Assembly (NCBI GenBank): GCA_002633005.1
Contig: NMRA01000559.1
Location: 186,001-250,000, forward strand
Source: Phoronis australis
Lineage: Eukaryota > Animalia > Phoronida
Length of the DNA: 64,000 nucleotides
Direction: 5' to 3'
The notes beneath the pieces were generated by a model, which was not told the origin of the DNA, ran no database searches, and saw only the letters and a list, made by a program, of their open reading frames with translations. Below are positions 38,982 through 53,600 of this stretch, piece by piece. Numbering within the stretch: position 1 is the first letter of the stretch; each line of letters opens with the position of its first letter. The translations under genes were made by a program, and so were the position numbers.

Positions 38982-39539
38982 TTCACAAGTACACAGTACT
39001 TTGGCAATAGTCGGATATAACAATAAACGTGCCCGTATTTTAAGATCCTGAGTTTGACGCCCGTTACTCAGTGGAGTAAACTGGTACTCTAAATTCAGGC
39101 ACTTTATATCGGACAGTTGCGACCAGTGAAAATTTAATGATTTTGCTCAAGTTAAGAATTTGTATTGACTGTCCCAAATTCAAGAATTACAGTAAACAAC
39201 ACACCATCATTCACGTTGAGGGTTTAACACAGGCTACGAAAATGTCAGCATTTTATTCAATGTTTTTGAACTGCCAACCTCTATTTTCATACTCTGTCAC
39301 ACTCAAGCCACATTTTCGATAATATTTTATTGGAACTATTACTGGTTGTCGTAAATTGTTTATCGAAGTAAAGACTTACCTTTACACAGTTGTTCTGTTT
39401 CTAAATCTTGTCAACACCAGCCATATTTATGTTCCGACTGATCTTTAAAGAACACGACCATTAAACCCTTGGAGAATCTAAATATCGGGCACTGTTGCCA
39501 TATATGCCATATCGAGGTAAACTGACTAACCATGTTATT

Positions 39540-39960
39540 GCGGTGGGCACGTTGCCGCCAAGTTGCAGGCCATGTGGTTTGGTGTGGAACGACGACATTT
39601 GCATCAATCGAACTACGGTTGCGCCCCCCCCCAGTGGCAGTTATAGTTTTTTACGTTTACTTTTGTATCTTCAAAGGTCCTCATCAGATTTTCATAAAAT
39701 TTGTCAGATAGTCATGTATTAGTGAGATGACGCTATCGTCCCGTTTTCGTATGGATTTGAGGTATTTTGCGCAACCTAGTGGCCATTTTTATTGTTTTCG
39801 AGTGTTTTTGGCGTCCTCCCCTCTATCAACCTAACCGTTGTAAGGATGATTGTGAAAATTGTCATGTATGTTCTTACTATGAAGGGGGTGGCTATTAAAA
39901 AGTGATGGCATGTTCCTTTTTCAGATGGCTTGGACGTTTTGCACCATCTAGTGCATTTTT
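39540..39960 (+). repeat. Fragment of the same HINE-like family
   Basis: Aligns by eye with 54150-54540 (TTTGTATCTTCAAA..., TATTAGTGAGATGACGCTA, CCCTCTATCAACC). Confidence 0.75.
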
Positions 39961-41541
39961 ATGATACAAATAAACAACTCTAGAAGCACACGGTTTGCGG
40001 TGCTTTATCAGCGCTGTGATACCACGAACTTTTTGCTTGACCCGGTTTTGATTTGTGGTGTGCATGATGGTGGAGTTGATAGGGACAAAACAATTCTTTC
40101 GTTCACAGACACCAAACAATGTAGTAGAATAGTAGAATAACTCGAGTTAGTAACAGCGTTGTGATGTGTGCACCGTCTCGGTCCGTCAGTGAGATGGTTG
40201 TATGCAGTAACTAAGTGTGGAACACTCAATTACACTAGTAAAGCAACTGGCAGTAGCAAGATGAGGACTGTCTTCATTAGACAAGAGAATGGATTTATAT
40301 ACAAGTTACAAATATGTGGGTCACGTGCACTAAACTTCATGATTCAAGATTCTACAGGAAATAACAGTAAACAACTCAAAGAACTTTCACAACAATCATC
40401 AAAACTATTCCGTTGTGTTTGCCAAATATGGTAATGGTCAGCTGTCTTTAAGCTATGATTCTGTGAATGACCATTACATAATCTTCTTTACTACTGAGAT
40501 CATCAAAACATGTATGGGCACGGGATGGGTTGGTTGCTGACTCAGCTTACAGCCAGAACAAGTTACTATGCTTGAGCAAAGGAATAATATCAATAGTACT
40601 GTCAAACTAACATGAATTTCACAGATTTCATGACAGCAAAGAGCTCGGATGCTGCTTACCAACTTGTCGATCGTCATTAAAAGACAAGACGTAGCTCGTA
40701 ATGTCACTGCTATTTCAGAAAATGGCTTTTGCTTTTATGACTTCGAAAATGTTGAAATCTGCGTGTTGGAGTTAACCAGCCTTTTTTGTATTTTTATTTT
40801 TAGCCTGTGAGTACTGAACGAGGAAATGCCTTTAAAGTTAAGTTCACTGTTGGTACGGTATTCAGGAATTTTTACCTATTTTTGATGGTATCTTGAGTAT
40901 GTGATGCAGTGGTGGTATGATCCGTGAATTTTTTATTGTTTAAATTGTGGATATGGGATTTAATTCGTCAGAAATCTTAAGAAAAAGGCCTACATAGCGT
41001 TTGAAATATCCTATTTAAGTCTTGTGTTGCAAAGTGTTTCAAATTGAAGAATATCAATCTTGTTGAATTACATTTATGACACAAATATTTTATTTTAATT
41101 TTTACTATATTATAAATTGTATTGTCCTTCAAAACTACTATATCATTATTAAAAATTAGAAATTTAAAATTGACTAAGTTTTTAAACAAAAATGACACGG
41201 TTATTCTCCACTTCTATTCCAAAAACTATTGCAGAAATATTTATTTTTCTAATAAGGCTGATTTTCTTTTTACATATTATGGGAATTTCAGCACATATTT
41301 TTTTATGCCTTCTAAACACTAAACAGCTCATGCTTGTAATAGACTAAAGTGGTCTTAATCTTTACTGCTGTGGAGAACTTTATCAATAGAATTTCACCCA
41401 TCAGTCCTGTTGTGTGATATTAATAAGTCTGGGATTACCATAATGAACCATTGACACCAGCTGGTGTCCATTCTGAGGTTTTTTGCACAATGTTTAAAAA
41501 ATCGTTTTGATAGCTGACAAAAACCTGAAGCGTGTTCAGTA

Positions 41542-42055
41542 GAGTGAGCACCCGCGAGCGATTTGAGTGCTCTTGTCCTGAACAGCTGTGTTTACGTTAG
41601 CGCTCGCGAGTGCTCGCAAACAACCTCGAGAGCATGTTCGCTTAGATTTCCAAGATGGCATCCTGCCGCGAAGACTTCACGTCTGCAACATTTGAACCCA
41701 TTATGGTTCTGCAACACGAAAACTATCTTCAAAAGTTGACCGACTCATCCGAAAGTGCGACTTAAATTGCGGGTCGCTATAGCGAGGAACAGTTTCCTCG
41801 ATGTAATTTTAGATTCTTGTCGTTCCAAAGCCTTCACGGTTGTTGTCTTGGGCTGCCGATATTTAATATTGGCAAAGATTAATCATAGTCATCGCTAAGT
41901 ACGCCATAGGAAGGACTGTTAGTGTTAAGCTCATCGGCTAAGACGCTCAACACAATCTGCTTCAGATTTGCCATACTGGATCGCACAGCGAGTGCTCACA
42001 GCTGTTCAGGAGCTGTTCCTTGTGTTCGCGAGTACACACTAGGGGGCGCTCACTC
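41542..42055. mobile_element. CpG-rich fold-back MITE-like element
   Basis: Nested inverted pairs GAGTGAGCACCC/GGGCGCTCACTC, CCTGAACAGCTGTG/CACAGCTGTTCAGG and TCCAAGATGGCA/TGCCATACTGGA. Confidence 0.6.
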
Positions 42056-45000
42056 GCTTCCGTTTACTGTCATTGTTAAAATATTCTCCCCCTCAAATCT
42101 TGGTCGAGAGTCCACTGTCGATGTCACTTTAATGATGTCATTCAACAGTTTGCGTCATTACTTTTTATCACCTGACATGTAAATGTTACAAGCAGATTTG
42201 TCTTGGACTGAAAAAGACGTACATTGCAGCTATGTTTCTAACACCCCGGATTATGTAGTGTGAAACTCCTGAGCATTACGTTGGTGAATAGACTTCAAGA
42301 AGTTGATGACTGGTTCGCACTGGAGTTAGGAATCGATTTACTTTGAAACGATTTATCCCAGGAAGTCACATTATCTTCACGGGTCTGTAAAAGAATGTAT
42401 TTTCTGAAAGTGCAATGTCTATAGAGTTTTATTTTTAACTTCATACCAACCTGTCATTAATTGGGTCACATGACCATGTCTTTTTAGTAAAATTTGACAA
42501 AAACATACATAATCTCAGCAAAACAACATGATCAAATTTCATTTGATGTACACATTCATTTCATTTTCATTTTACAAAACTGATTTTTTTCAAAAATTCG
42601 TAAAAGTCCTATTTTTGATAGCCCTCATGCAAAAGTGTGACATTTTAAAAGGGATCCTAACAGTGTTTCACGTGAATCTGACCAGTCATTTCTGAGTTAT
42701 GATAGTTATTCAAGTTTGGAATTTATGAATTCTCCAGTTTGGCTCAGTGAAAAATTAATTACTTTGCTCAAGGCCAGAGCTTGTACCAAATTTAAAAAAT
42801 CGAGGTCTTTCTGACTGGCCCAAATTCAAGAATCAACAGAGACTGCAAAATTATCCATGTCAGAAATTCAGGAATTCATGTGGTACGATACAGGCTACAC
42901 ATCTTTCAATTTTCTTTTTATACTGGCCTATTTTTCATAACCATTGGCTCAATTTCGAGGAGAATATATGTCAGGTAAACAAACCAATTCACCTCGATGC
43001 TTACAATCTGTTGGAAGGCATGGAAGTGTTGCCTCAACGGCTACCTAGTCTCGGTGACTGCCAAGCCTATTTTCAGACTCTGGTAATGCAAACCACTGTG
43101 TCAGAAATTTAAGAAATATGATGATCACTAAAATTTGTGTGTGTACCAACCTTCAAAATCAAGAAAATTCAATTTCTGTTGGAATATCGCTGTCCCAAAT
43201 TCTATAGACTATCCCAAACTGGAGAGTTTTTACTGTAGTCAGACGTACTACTCTCCTGTCTGCTCTTCTGCACCCGGCTGCATGAAACAGTCCCAAATAG
43301 GAACTCGACTAAGTTCCCTAAATTTACTGCGTATTTGTGGGTTTTTGAAAATAATGGTTCTCCTTTCTTATGCTGTTTGAGTTTCATTACTAAGCCAGTT
43401 TTTAACTTTGATACAAATCGAGTAAACTCTATATTGAATTCTCATTATTACTGAAAACAAGTAGGGACCTTTTCATGAAACGCCCCCAATTTAAGGACTA
43501 ATCCCCTAATTATTTTCTCTATATTAAGGGCTCAGTTTTTAGATATATTATTAGAAAATGCCATTAGTCAAACAGGAGATAAAATGGTTCAAAATATAAC
43601 ATCTGTGAGTAAAGAACGAAACAAATACGCAAAAGATTTACGTAGGGAACGTAGACGAGTCCTCATTTAGGACTGTTTCATGCCACCGGGCACTGAAGCC
43701 CACTGAGCATTTCTACTCTGCATAACAAGTAAGACCAATTTTTTAGCATTAAATGGCATAAATCCAAGGCATGTTTACTGCCCCATAAAACCTTAGTGAA
43801 CAGAAAGTCAATGTCTAAATCTGTGTTGGACTCACTCTCTGTGGTTAAATCAAACTTTCTTGCGTGACTGTGGACAAAGCTCAATTACCGTAATGTACTT
43901 TTTGTCGGTGTTATTCCAGCCCAGGTGCGTGCTGTATTCATTACCATAATGAAGCATTGTTATTTTCTCTGTACAGTGTCTGGGCTATTCCTTCTTGTTA
44001 TAAGCTGATATCCAAGCTAGTGCACATCTGGTGATTGCAGTTTATATTCGTGGTTCACAAGGTGCAAATTTGAAGCTATGTGCGTACTGTGTCCGTCGCT
44101 GTAATTTGAGATACCGTACACATTTTTGCTCCATTTGCCCACTAACTTGACCAAATAATGTACTTAAATCTCACCGATTGATTTAAAAATTCACCTACCT
44201 GTCATAAGCTGCTTTTGCATTAGAGTTAGTCCAGACTGTATTGCGGTGGCAATTGTACATATTTTAGATAAGCATGATAACATACCGTCACCTTCCGCTC
44301 TTGACCAGACTAACATTCCGCTGTGTTAACTGTAAAGCTTCACCGTACTGAACATGATCCTTTCCATCGAGAATAACTTGATTTACCGACTAACTCTAAA
44401 TGTTGATCAGGACCTCTGTTTCATAGGGTAACCAGCTACCATTTCTATTCTCGTTAGATTTGTTGCTTTTAGACATGTTCACTGAAAACTTGTATAGTGA
44501 GCAGGTGATGGCAAAATATGTGCGAAATGGCAGGAAAAACTCTGCATTCACGTGAAATGGCGAGACAATTTAGTACGATCGTGAAAAATAATCCGGACTA
44601 AATATTCCGCATTGAGCTTGTGTAATCTGACCGACTTTTGACTGGCTCAGTAGTGTGGTCTTTTTGAGCGTACTTACCGCAATACCGTCCTAAATTTAGA
44701 CCTGTGTAAATCATCTTTTGCATTGGGTCGGAAATTCTCTTTTCGGCGAAAAGATGTTAGTCCTCCGTTCTAAATCCATAGTGCGAATAGCTAGCACATA
44801 CTTCAATAGTAAGTTGTTAATTATCACTCTTTTTGTTGCATTTTCCCAGTGAAAGAGCAAGAGCCTGGTGTGCACATACTGGTAACTGGACTGATTTAAT
44901 AATTTAATGATCATAGATTACGCAAAGGGCAGAGAAAGGACTTAGGTGCTGGACCAGTAAATACCTTTGCTGGAGCTTTACACCCTGTTGCCATTTACAA

Positions 45001-45554
45001 TTAGCTCAGCTAAATGTAAAATATCAGAAAATGTGCCACCAGGGCGGGAACTATAACTTGTCTTTCTCTCACATGCCCTTTGTTCCGGGAACTCAGGTGG
45101 AGTGAGTGCTGAAGGAAAAATTATGCAAGAGCTGTAGTTCTTTACAGAAAAGCCAGTATGATAAAGACTGATATAACTGTTAAGCCAGAGGTGCTCCTTT
45201 GTGAGTTGCTGAGAACCAAACCCCAATGCCAAGTTGTAGGGCACAGTCTTGTATAATTCTAAGTTAAGCCTTCAGAAATAAGAAAGATCCAGTCAGGATA
45301 AGTTGATGAAATTGTTCTTATGTTACATAACAGCAGTGCTATGTTTCTTCAAAAGCTTTTCTATCATAGATTCCAGACTGCAACCCACTGACACTCAGGC
45401 TCCCTTGAAGTGTTCTCTTGTGTATTGAATTCTTAGTTGTCCTACTGTCCAGTGGTACAGTAGGAAACATGACAGATAATTGGGTTTATAACAAAAATGG
45501 TTGCTAATAACCATTAGGGGGACAAAATTGTAATTACAAGATGAGAGAAAAACT

Positions 45555-45990
45555 TTTATTTGTTAAATCATATAAAACGTACATTGTTACATGACTGGGT
45601 GGCCAGCAAAGGCACTGGCCGCTAGTAGCTGACCACCGAGTAACAATAAATTAAATAGACATTAACAATTAAGAAGAACAATATAGATACCAACAGAAAA
45701 AAGTTCATCTACAATGAAATAAGATACAATGCAAGTTTATTTAAAAATGTAAATTAAATGTATTTTACAAAGAATTAAACACGGAGACTTTTGAGGGGTA
45801 TGGCACGGTTAGAAAAGATGACAAATTAGCTGTTTTTACGCAGGGGGAACAGTTGTCACAGTGCGACTTACTCCACTTTAGTCACATTTACAAAATGGAT
45901 CTTATGAGGCATTTACACGAAGACTATCTGTGCATGCTTGCATAAACAAAAGTGAACGTCCAAATCACGTCAAATGCTAGCGAATCACCC
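45555..45990 (-). mobile_element. CR1/L2-type LINE 3' fragment
   Basis: Minus-strand FSNRA-like ORF2 end followed by a 3' UTR with AATAAA. The motif GGGTGG.CAGCAAAGGCAC recurs near 60184. Confidence 0.45.
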
Positions 45991-48900
45991 GTATATACAC
46001 AGGCGTAACAGAGATGATCCTATCTACCTTGCCCCAGTTTGTGTTTGGACACTCACATAGTTAAAACTGGAGCAACTGATCAAATACAACTTGCTCTACC
46101 TCTCAAACCGGTGTCAAAAAATGGCTGCCACACAGTTGCGCCTGATCAGCCATTCCATGACAACTGTATCCTGTGTATATATGGCTTTAGCCACCTTACT
46201 AAGTTTCCTGTTATATTGCCTTCATTCTCGATCTCAAGGAAAAACCTTTCTGACAATAAATTTGGGTTCTGCTCAACTGTAAGGACATAGAATTTCCGGT
46301 CATTTTAGCGTGTCACTCCTCTTGAGTATCTCTTGTGAGAATTTTCTGTTTTGACAAGTTAGTTTGCTACACTTTGTGCTTAAAAGTACCTTTACTATTG
46401 TTAAGGCAAACTACATTGAAAATTGTCTTTGCTTTCACGTCAAGTTATTTTTTACCACATTAAAAGCAAACACTGGTCTCCCAGTAGGCCTAGTGATAAA
46501 ATACCTAAAGGACATGGCACATAAATGAGACACTATATCAAAGGGAGTCTGGGGAGCATTAGTCAATTTCTGTTTTAAATGTGAGAATAACCTCGATTAC
46601 CTGACTTAAGTCATTTGAACAAAAAACAAAAAATTGATGAAATCACCATTTTATGGTAGACCATACTCTTTTTCTAATTCTTTGAAAGGGAAGTAGCTCT
46701 AGATTAAATGACTTTCAACTAACTTCTGTTCCATTGGTACCATCAAACAATGTTTTGAGAAACTAGTCTATGAGTATTCAAAAAATGTAAGAAGGCCTTG
46801 ACAAAAAAATCAAAATTTTAAAATTATTTTAATGAAATTGTGGAGATTTAACAGTAATGCCTAAATTTTATTTAAAATGGCTATAAACCCACCTAATCTG
46901 TCATAAAAACAACTTTTAATTTAGACCACGTATCGTTATGAAATTGGTCTCGTATTAGAGATGATTTCAGTGCTTGGAGTGAATTGGCAGTTCATTAGTT
47001 CTTGAGGTCAAGTTCTACAAGTTGGCTTAATGTCACACCGTGCCATTTCTTGCACTGAGCAGTTGGACTCGAGGAATAACAAAACGGTCAGTTCTGAAAT
47101 CACGTCTCATCAGCGTAAGGAAAAAGTTGAGAGACCACTTGCTTAACGATAAGGGGTCCAATTTAAAAGTTCGCTTGTTTTACGTAACGCAGGCTTATAA
47201 CCACTTAACTTGTTTGAAGCTGTATTTTTTGCCTTCAAAAGCATTCTTCAATTTTTATCTCATTATCCTTTGATTGTTCACGTACAATTGGACAATTCGA
47301 TATTCACTAGGTGGCGCTAGTGAACCAAGGCTCCTCTTCTTATCACCTAAATTGAGTGAGCGTGGGAAGTTGTTGGGACATTTGTGGGACATTGAGGGTC
47401 CCACATGAATTCCTGCATTTCTACAAGTTCAACTGCTTCAGTGGCGCCACCTACTGTATTGCTTGGTCTTTTTGTCCATGAGCCTATATTATCCGAAATA
47501 ATGCTTTTTTCGCAGCTTTTTTACCCATGTGGTTCGCGTATTGGCTCATGTGCCTTAGTTTCCCATATAAGCCCTGCATAGGCCCATACATTAATTAGCA
47601 TATACTTTTAGGCAAACCTGTTTTGATTACCTCTGTGCCTCCTAACTGCAATTTTTTTACGTTTGCCTCTGATCTTTGTAGTTCCGTGGCTTATTTTCAA
47701 GGAATTTGGTAGATAATTTTGTGTTGTTTTATCGCCATGCCCTCAGGCCCATGGGGCTATATACGAAATAATACCTTTTTTCACAGCCGAAAATGGGCAT
47801 TATTTCTGATACAGGCCCATGGGCCTGATGGTGAGGCAATACGGAAGTTAGTTCAGAGTATGATAATTTACTTGATATAAATGAACGTGTCATTGGGTGA
47901 TTTGAAATTTAGTCTGTTGTGTGATTTTTTTGCCAACTTATGTTTTCCCGTAGTCACACACAAATTGTTACATCGGTACGTGGTCTAAATTATAAGTTCA
48001 CTCCTTGGATGGATTATGCGACTTTGTAGTCACTTTGAATGTCATTTTCTCCATAGACGTGTGACTTCTGATGTATCTTGTGGTTTTGCTAGCCTTAGAA
48101 AATCACCCATAACTTAACTCCAGGTTCTTATATTTGTACTCAAAATTGAATTCCAAATTATTTATCTCGTTTGTATTCTACTTAAAGTGCAAATACAAGA
48201 TAAATGTCTACTTTGTATGAGTTTATTATGGTTTAAGCATGTGAGTGCCTAGTCCAAGGCCGTTCAGGATGACCTTTAGATTCGAAGTACAAACTCTTGA
48301 ATAAATTTGAGATTTCGAGCCTCTGTGATGCTCGAACTTGTAGCTTTTCTGCTCAGGGGTCATCAGGTACAATGGTGAGACAGTTGAACTGAAAAGAAAA
48401 TTAAAAAATAAATTAGACTTCAATATTAAGTACATGTTTCTTCTTTGATAAATTCTACCCAAAATGGAGAAAATGGGCTTTTCCATTTAAGCTTTACAAA
48501 TAAAATATAAATGACTTGACGAAATCCTTGATATTGATCTAATATAAAGTAAACCGCACATGCTTTGAAACTTTGACTTAAACATTGTACAGAGAGAGGT
48601 TTGTTGGTAAGATGCTTTACCACACATAATTTGAATCTTGTCAGTAAATGTGACTGGGAGAATTAGTAAGTTTGTTATTAATAATGGTATCAAATAATTT
48701 GTTTAGACATTTTGGAAGCATGATTGTGTTCTGTGTAGGATTGCAACAAAAAGCTCTTAATCTGAGAGCCAAAATGTGAAGGCAACAAATGTTTCAACTG
48801 TCTAAAAATTCAAGTACGACAGGTCTCTCTTGTCACAGGTTCCAACGGCACAAATTTGCCAGAAAGTTGACCTTGTTCACAAATTTATTACATGTATTGC

Positions 48901-49283
48901 TCAAAGAAATTAGCTTGCCTAATTATGGACCTCTGCATGCATAGACCTGTTAGATGGTAATGCAGCGGCCTTTGTTGCGAAAGTGCCTATGTTTTGCAGA
49001 AAATCATAGCTATATTAAATTTCTTATTTGCTTTGTTATATTTTTAACGATTCAAAAATCCAATTAAAAAATCGTTGAATCTGTTTTTTTCACATCACCA
49101 TTTTTATGGTGTCAAAAGTGCAGGCTAGCAGTTAACCGCGACACACCCTATTTGTAAAAGGCGTACTATGTATATTTTGTATGCTGGTAAAAATGGAACT
49201 AATTGTGAATTTTCTGTTGTATCTCAATAGTAATACAACGTTGGTTACCAAGTTTATGTTTCTTGGAAAGTGGCTTGTTAGAC

Positions 49284-50209
49284 TTAGACAGAAATTTGGT
49301 CTTATGTTCTCACTTCACTATTGCCTAATAAAGGTTTACAAATCACAAATATGTTTTTAAGTCTGGTCTGCGCAGGACCTAATGAACATAAGTCCGAAAA
49401 GGTTTAGTCATGTAAATATTAGGCCAGTCCTTTTGTGGAAAAGTTTACGCAATATTTTGCGGAATCGGCAATGTGAATGGAAAAATACCGCAATCCATGT
49501 AATTTTGCAGAATTTATGAGTTCAGAAAGTGCTTCAAACGCTACAGCAGTTGTTTAGATAAGCCTGATTATTACTCGTCACGAACCGGAAAACAGGCGTG
49601 ATACACACAGCACTATATGTGTCGCAGGCATTCTCTTCATATCAGTAAAAAATTCCTATTCTATCGAGGATTTCTTTTGATTTTATAAAAGGTATGGTCG
49701 CATGAGAAAACTCACTTGTTAACCTGTAAGGCAGATACATTATTGCTGATGGCTGGTACACTGAGATCTGACATAGACATGTCAACCCAAACGTTCTATC
49801 TCAAGACCAAATGCCGTCTTCTTATACGCAAAAATAAAATATACAAAGATATAAAACCCAGAGTATAAAACTCGACTTCCATCTTTTTTTACTAGTGTGC
49901 AGTTGTATGTGGTTCATTGTTTAGGATATAGGAGAGCACTAGTTTGGGATTAGCTCACTAGGATAAGATGGAAATTATATGAATGCTCGCCAGGGAGTTG
50001 CGGAAATTTTTGCAGAATGAATTTGGACATTTTTTCCACAAAGCTGCTGCTCGAGTGAGCACAAATATTAGTACATCTCTTCCTAGAAATAAGTTGATGT
50101 ACAAATTTTCTCATTAAGTAACAGTTTTGGGTATATTCTCAGATACTTTGAGATTTCATTATTCTTAAGAAATATTTATGTAGAACGTAAGACCAAATTC
50201 ATGCCTTAA
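49284..50209. mobile_element. Second copy of the TTAA-flanked element family
   Basis: TTAGACAGAAATTTGGTCTTATGTTCT...AGAACGTAAGACCAAATTCATGCCTTAA. Confidence 0.55.
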
Positions 50210-51019
50210 GTTGTGAGTCAGTTTTCATGAGACAAACCCCGGGTACGGTTCATTTATGATAAGTCATTTTACAGTGCACTTTTCTACTATTAAATGTGTT
50301 AGGTAAATATCGTCTATCGTATCTCTTGGAGATTCTAGGGAAATGAGGATATACGTGTTTGTGCTCGTCAAGAGCTGGAGAGTTTCCAGCTAATCGTTAA
50401 TGGACACTTGGGAGATTAATTTCCTTTTTTTCCAACATGGCACTTGTAAGAATGGTACCTGTCTCCAATTTCATAATTGTGTTATGTCACTGCGAAATTG
50501 TCTGGAAGTTATGTTGCTGATAGTTCTGTTTATGTCTGTTAAGACAGTTTGTTGGAATAACTCAAAACCCTAATTTGTTTTTACAAATACGAATAAAAAC
50601 AAGTTTGCAAAATTAGAAAAGCAAGATTTTCTCAACGAGAGGAAGGTAATACAGGATGGCTCCTACAGGGGGCGCTGGCATGATTTGTTGTTGACTGGGC
50701 AGAGGTGGTTTTCTGAGGTTTCTTATTTGCTATATTGTCTTGGGTATAATAGAGTCTGACCACTTTCGGACAAAAATAATATCAATTGCCAAAGTGTTCA
50801 TTTTCCCTTTTTCAAAGGCATCTAGCATAGTTGTAGAGGTCGATGGTAGCTGTTAAAGCTGATTGTTTTGTGCTACTTAACTTTTATGAAAATAATGAAA
50901 TTTTACTTGTCTGTGCCACACTGGTGACATTTTACCATGCCCATTCCCATTTGGTTAACTTCGTTGGTCTGGATTTTGAATGTGTAGTGGAAGAACTCTC
51001 CCCCCCGATTAATGTAATG

Positions 51020-51970
51020 TTTCTTGTTCAATATGGATTTGACTTGTCCATCAATTTTTTGCTTGTTTCTTTGTTCGCACGCTGCAGGTCACATTTCTTT
51101 TCCGATCTGCATGACATTTATACAAAACATGTACATATCTAAGGTATCGAGGCTCCTTGTTTTTGGTCAAAATCAGATGCAAGATGGCGCTGATGCAGCC
51201 ATTTTTCAAATTTTCACTTTGCGGAGCCGTGCCTCTGGCATTCCTTGATGGAACTTTTTGAAATTGGGTATATGGATAGATTTCACCAAACACTATCAGC
51301 ACTTAGTGTCGCCTGTTTTTGCTACGATTTGCTGTTCTTGAGTTATTTGACATTTTACGACAATTGCTCTCTAATTAATTGATTTTTACTGCTGCGTCTC
51401 CGACATCTCGTGACAAATGTGTCTGAAATTTTGAATGAGGGCAGATCTTGTCGAGCGCTGTCTGCATTGTGGAACTTGTTTCTGACTACGACTTCTGTTC
51501 TCGTATTATTCGAAATGTACTAGTCAGATAAGTGTTTTTTTATCGACTTATTCCTCGCTGCACTTCTGTTGATCTATTGTATCCGTGCTACAGGTCACAT
51601 TTTTCACCTGATCAACAAAGAAATTTACGCACAAGGTTTATCTCGTCAATAGGTTTTTGGGCAACGTCAAAGGCAAGATGGCACTGTGATAGCCATTTTT
51701 CCCATAATCCTTTGTGGAACTCTAGCTCTTGGTCCTTTGACAGATCCTTCTAAAATTTACTATGTAAATAGATCTCCTCAAGGCCTATCTGAAGTGTGTT
51801 TTTGGTTTCTCACAGGACTAACTGTTCAAGATTTTCTAATTTGATGACTGTTTTTATTGACTTATTCCTCTTGACTTATTCCTCGATGGATTTTTAATGG
51901 TTTTTTATTTTCTGTACATTAGTGTAAGGCGTTGGGGTCACCGTCGTTGGTCACTCACTTCTTGGTTTTG
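51020..51970 (+). repeat. Degenerate internally repeated interspersed element
   Basis: CAGGTCACATTT...CAAGATGGC.CTG..GCCATTTTTC repeated at about 51085-51210 and 51590-51700. Confidence 0.5.
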
Positions 51971-52799
51971 TAGATCTGAGCTTTTAAGTTTTTCTATCGA
52001 TTTCGCCAAGTTGTCGCTCCTCAGAGCGCATTCGTTAGGTGCCTAGACAATTATTAAATGCATTACGACAATGATGTCATGATGTCAAGTCTGACTGAAA
52101 TTATTACCTGAGCTGGAACCCAAATATAAAAATTAGTGGTTTCAGAGCTTTAACTCTGTCTGGTGTCTAGAAATATTGTAGTCATTAATACTGGAGTTAT
52201 CTCAGCAGTGTTTCTAGTGAGCGTCCTTGACACAATAACAATACAACGTGAGACAGTTTAAATTATGACAATAAATTGATAAGATGCAAGATAAATTTAA
52301 TGAGTGCATATGGTACAGATCTAAAAAAATGAAATAAATTTGCAAAATGATCGAACAAATAAAGAAGTCCAACAGTTTTAGCAGCTAATGTATTTTTGTG
52401 TCAAACTTTCAAGTGAAGTTTTTTGATGGGTTCCAGTGTTGTCTCAGATTCTAGTGAAAAGGGATTCCTGTGATTCTATTTGCTGTTGGGCGGACAGCTC
52501 CCTTTGGTGGTTGTGTCGCATATTCTGTGTCAACTGAACACTTGCGTTGTGGTCTCTGAAAATGATTGGAAAAACTGTCGGACATTTTCAGAGAACACAA
52601 TGTGGGGCACATATCACTGACCATTCAACACCCTTGTTGGTCCTTCTGATGGATAAGTCAAACTGACAACAAGAAGTGCGGGGTGATAAATATATAGGAT
52701 CTTGAATGCCTGATTGTCTAGTGAAATATGTGGATGAGACTGCTTGGAATTTGAGGAACCAGACTGCAGGAACATTTGAATGTATCACAGAACATGTAT

Positions 52800-53297
52800 C
52801 AGGGCTTGGAATTTTCCGCGGAAACGCGGATTTCCGCTTTTTTCAAATGTTCTGTCCGCGCATTTTATTATATTTCCGCGTAAAAAAATCGGATTTGATA
52901 TAAAATTTCTGCGGCAAATTCCTTTCTTATCACGGCGATGCAGACGACGTTCACCTCGAAAAGCGGAAGTTGCTCTTTATGTTTCGGAGGAACGTAAATT
53001 GTCAACATTGCCAGGGCATCTGGGATAGCGTGGTGGGATTTTCAATGGCGACTCGTGTTATTTTAAACCGCGGCGACAAGTACTACGGCTCTGCAGCCAA
53101 ACATGTGTGGGTTGGGAGTGGACCGACGAGCTAAAAGGACTCAGACGCATGCTACTGATGATGGTAACGTTTTTTTTTTAGTCTTCCCGATTTTTGTCAG
53201 GGAAAGGTTCACATCAACCATTTCAAGGCTGAGTAGCGCGCATGATTTGGGCTGTAAAAGTTTCCGCGTTTTTTGTCATTGGTCATTCCAAGCCCTG
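52800..53297. mobile_element. MITE with 13-bp TIR and 6-bp TSD
   Basis: CAGGGCTTGGAAT...ATTCCAAGCCCTG with ATGTAT on both flanks. Subterminal TTCCGCG repeats. Confidence 0.8.
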
Positions 53298-53409
53298 ATG
53301 TATAGACTCAACACATAATATTTGTGAACCCAGTGGATATAAGAGGCTCAGTAATGGACTCGAATAATCCGACAATCTGAAATCATTTGTAATAAGCCAG
53401 ATTTAAGTA

Positions 53410-53600
53410 GACATCGCTTTATGAGTTACACGCCATTTACCAATGTTTCATTTCACGGAACAACCACCAGGTGAAGTTAGGCAACTGCCAGCCGCCGCCC
53501 ACTGGTGACCACATGCCCCGACGAAGAGCCCAAGATGTACTTGAAAGCTAGGCTCTCAAGTAAAACTAGGCTGTCCATCGGATAGGTAATCATCATTTTT
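53410..53600 (+). mobile_element. Degenerate Penelope-like pseudo-LTR with a decayed hammerhead (53515-53553)
   Basis: GCC-CCGACGA-AGAGCCCAAGATGTACTT-GAAAGCTA-GGC, preceded by a YELHAIY-like ORF end. Confidence 0.45.
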
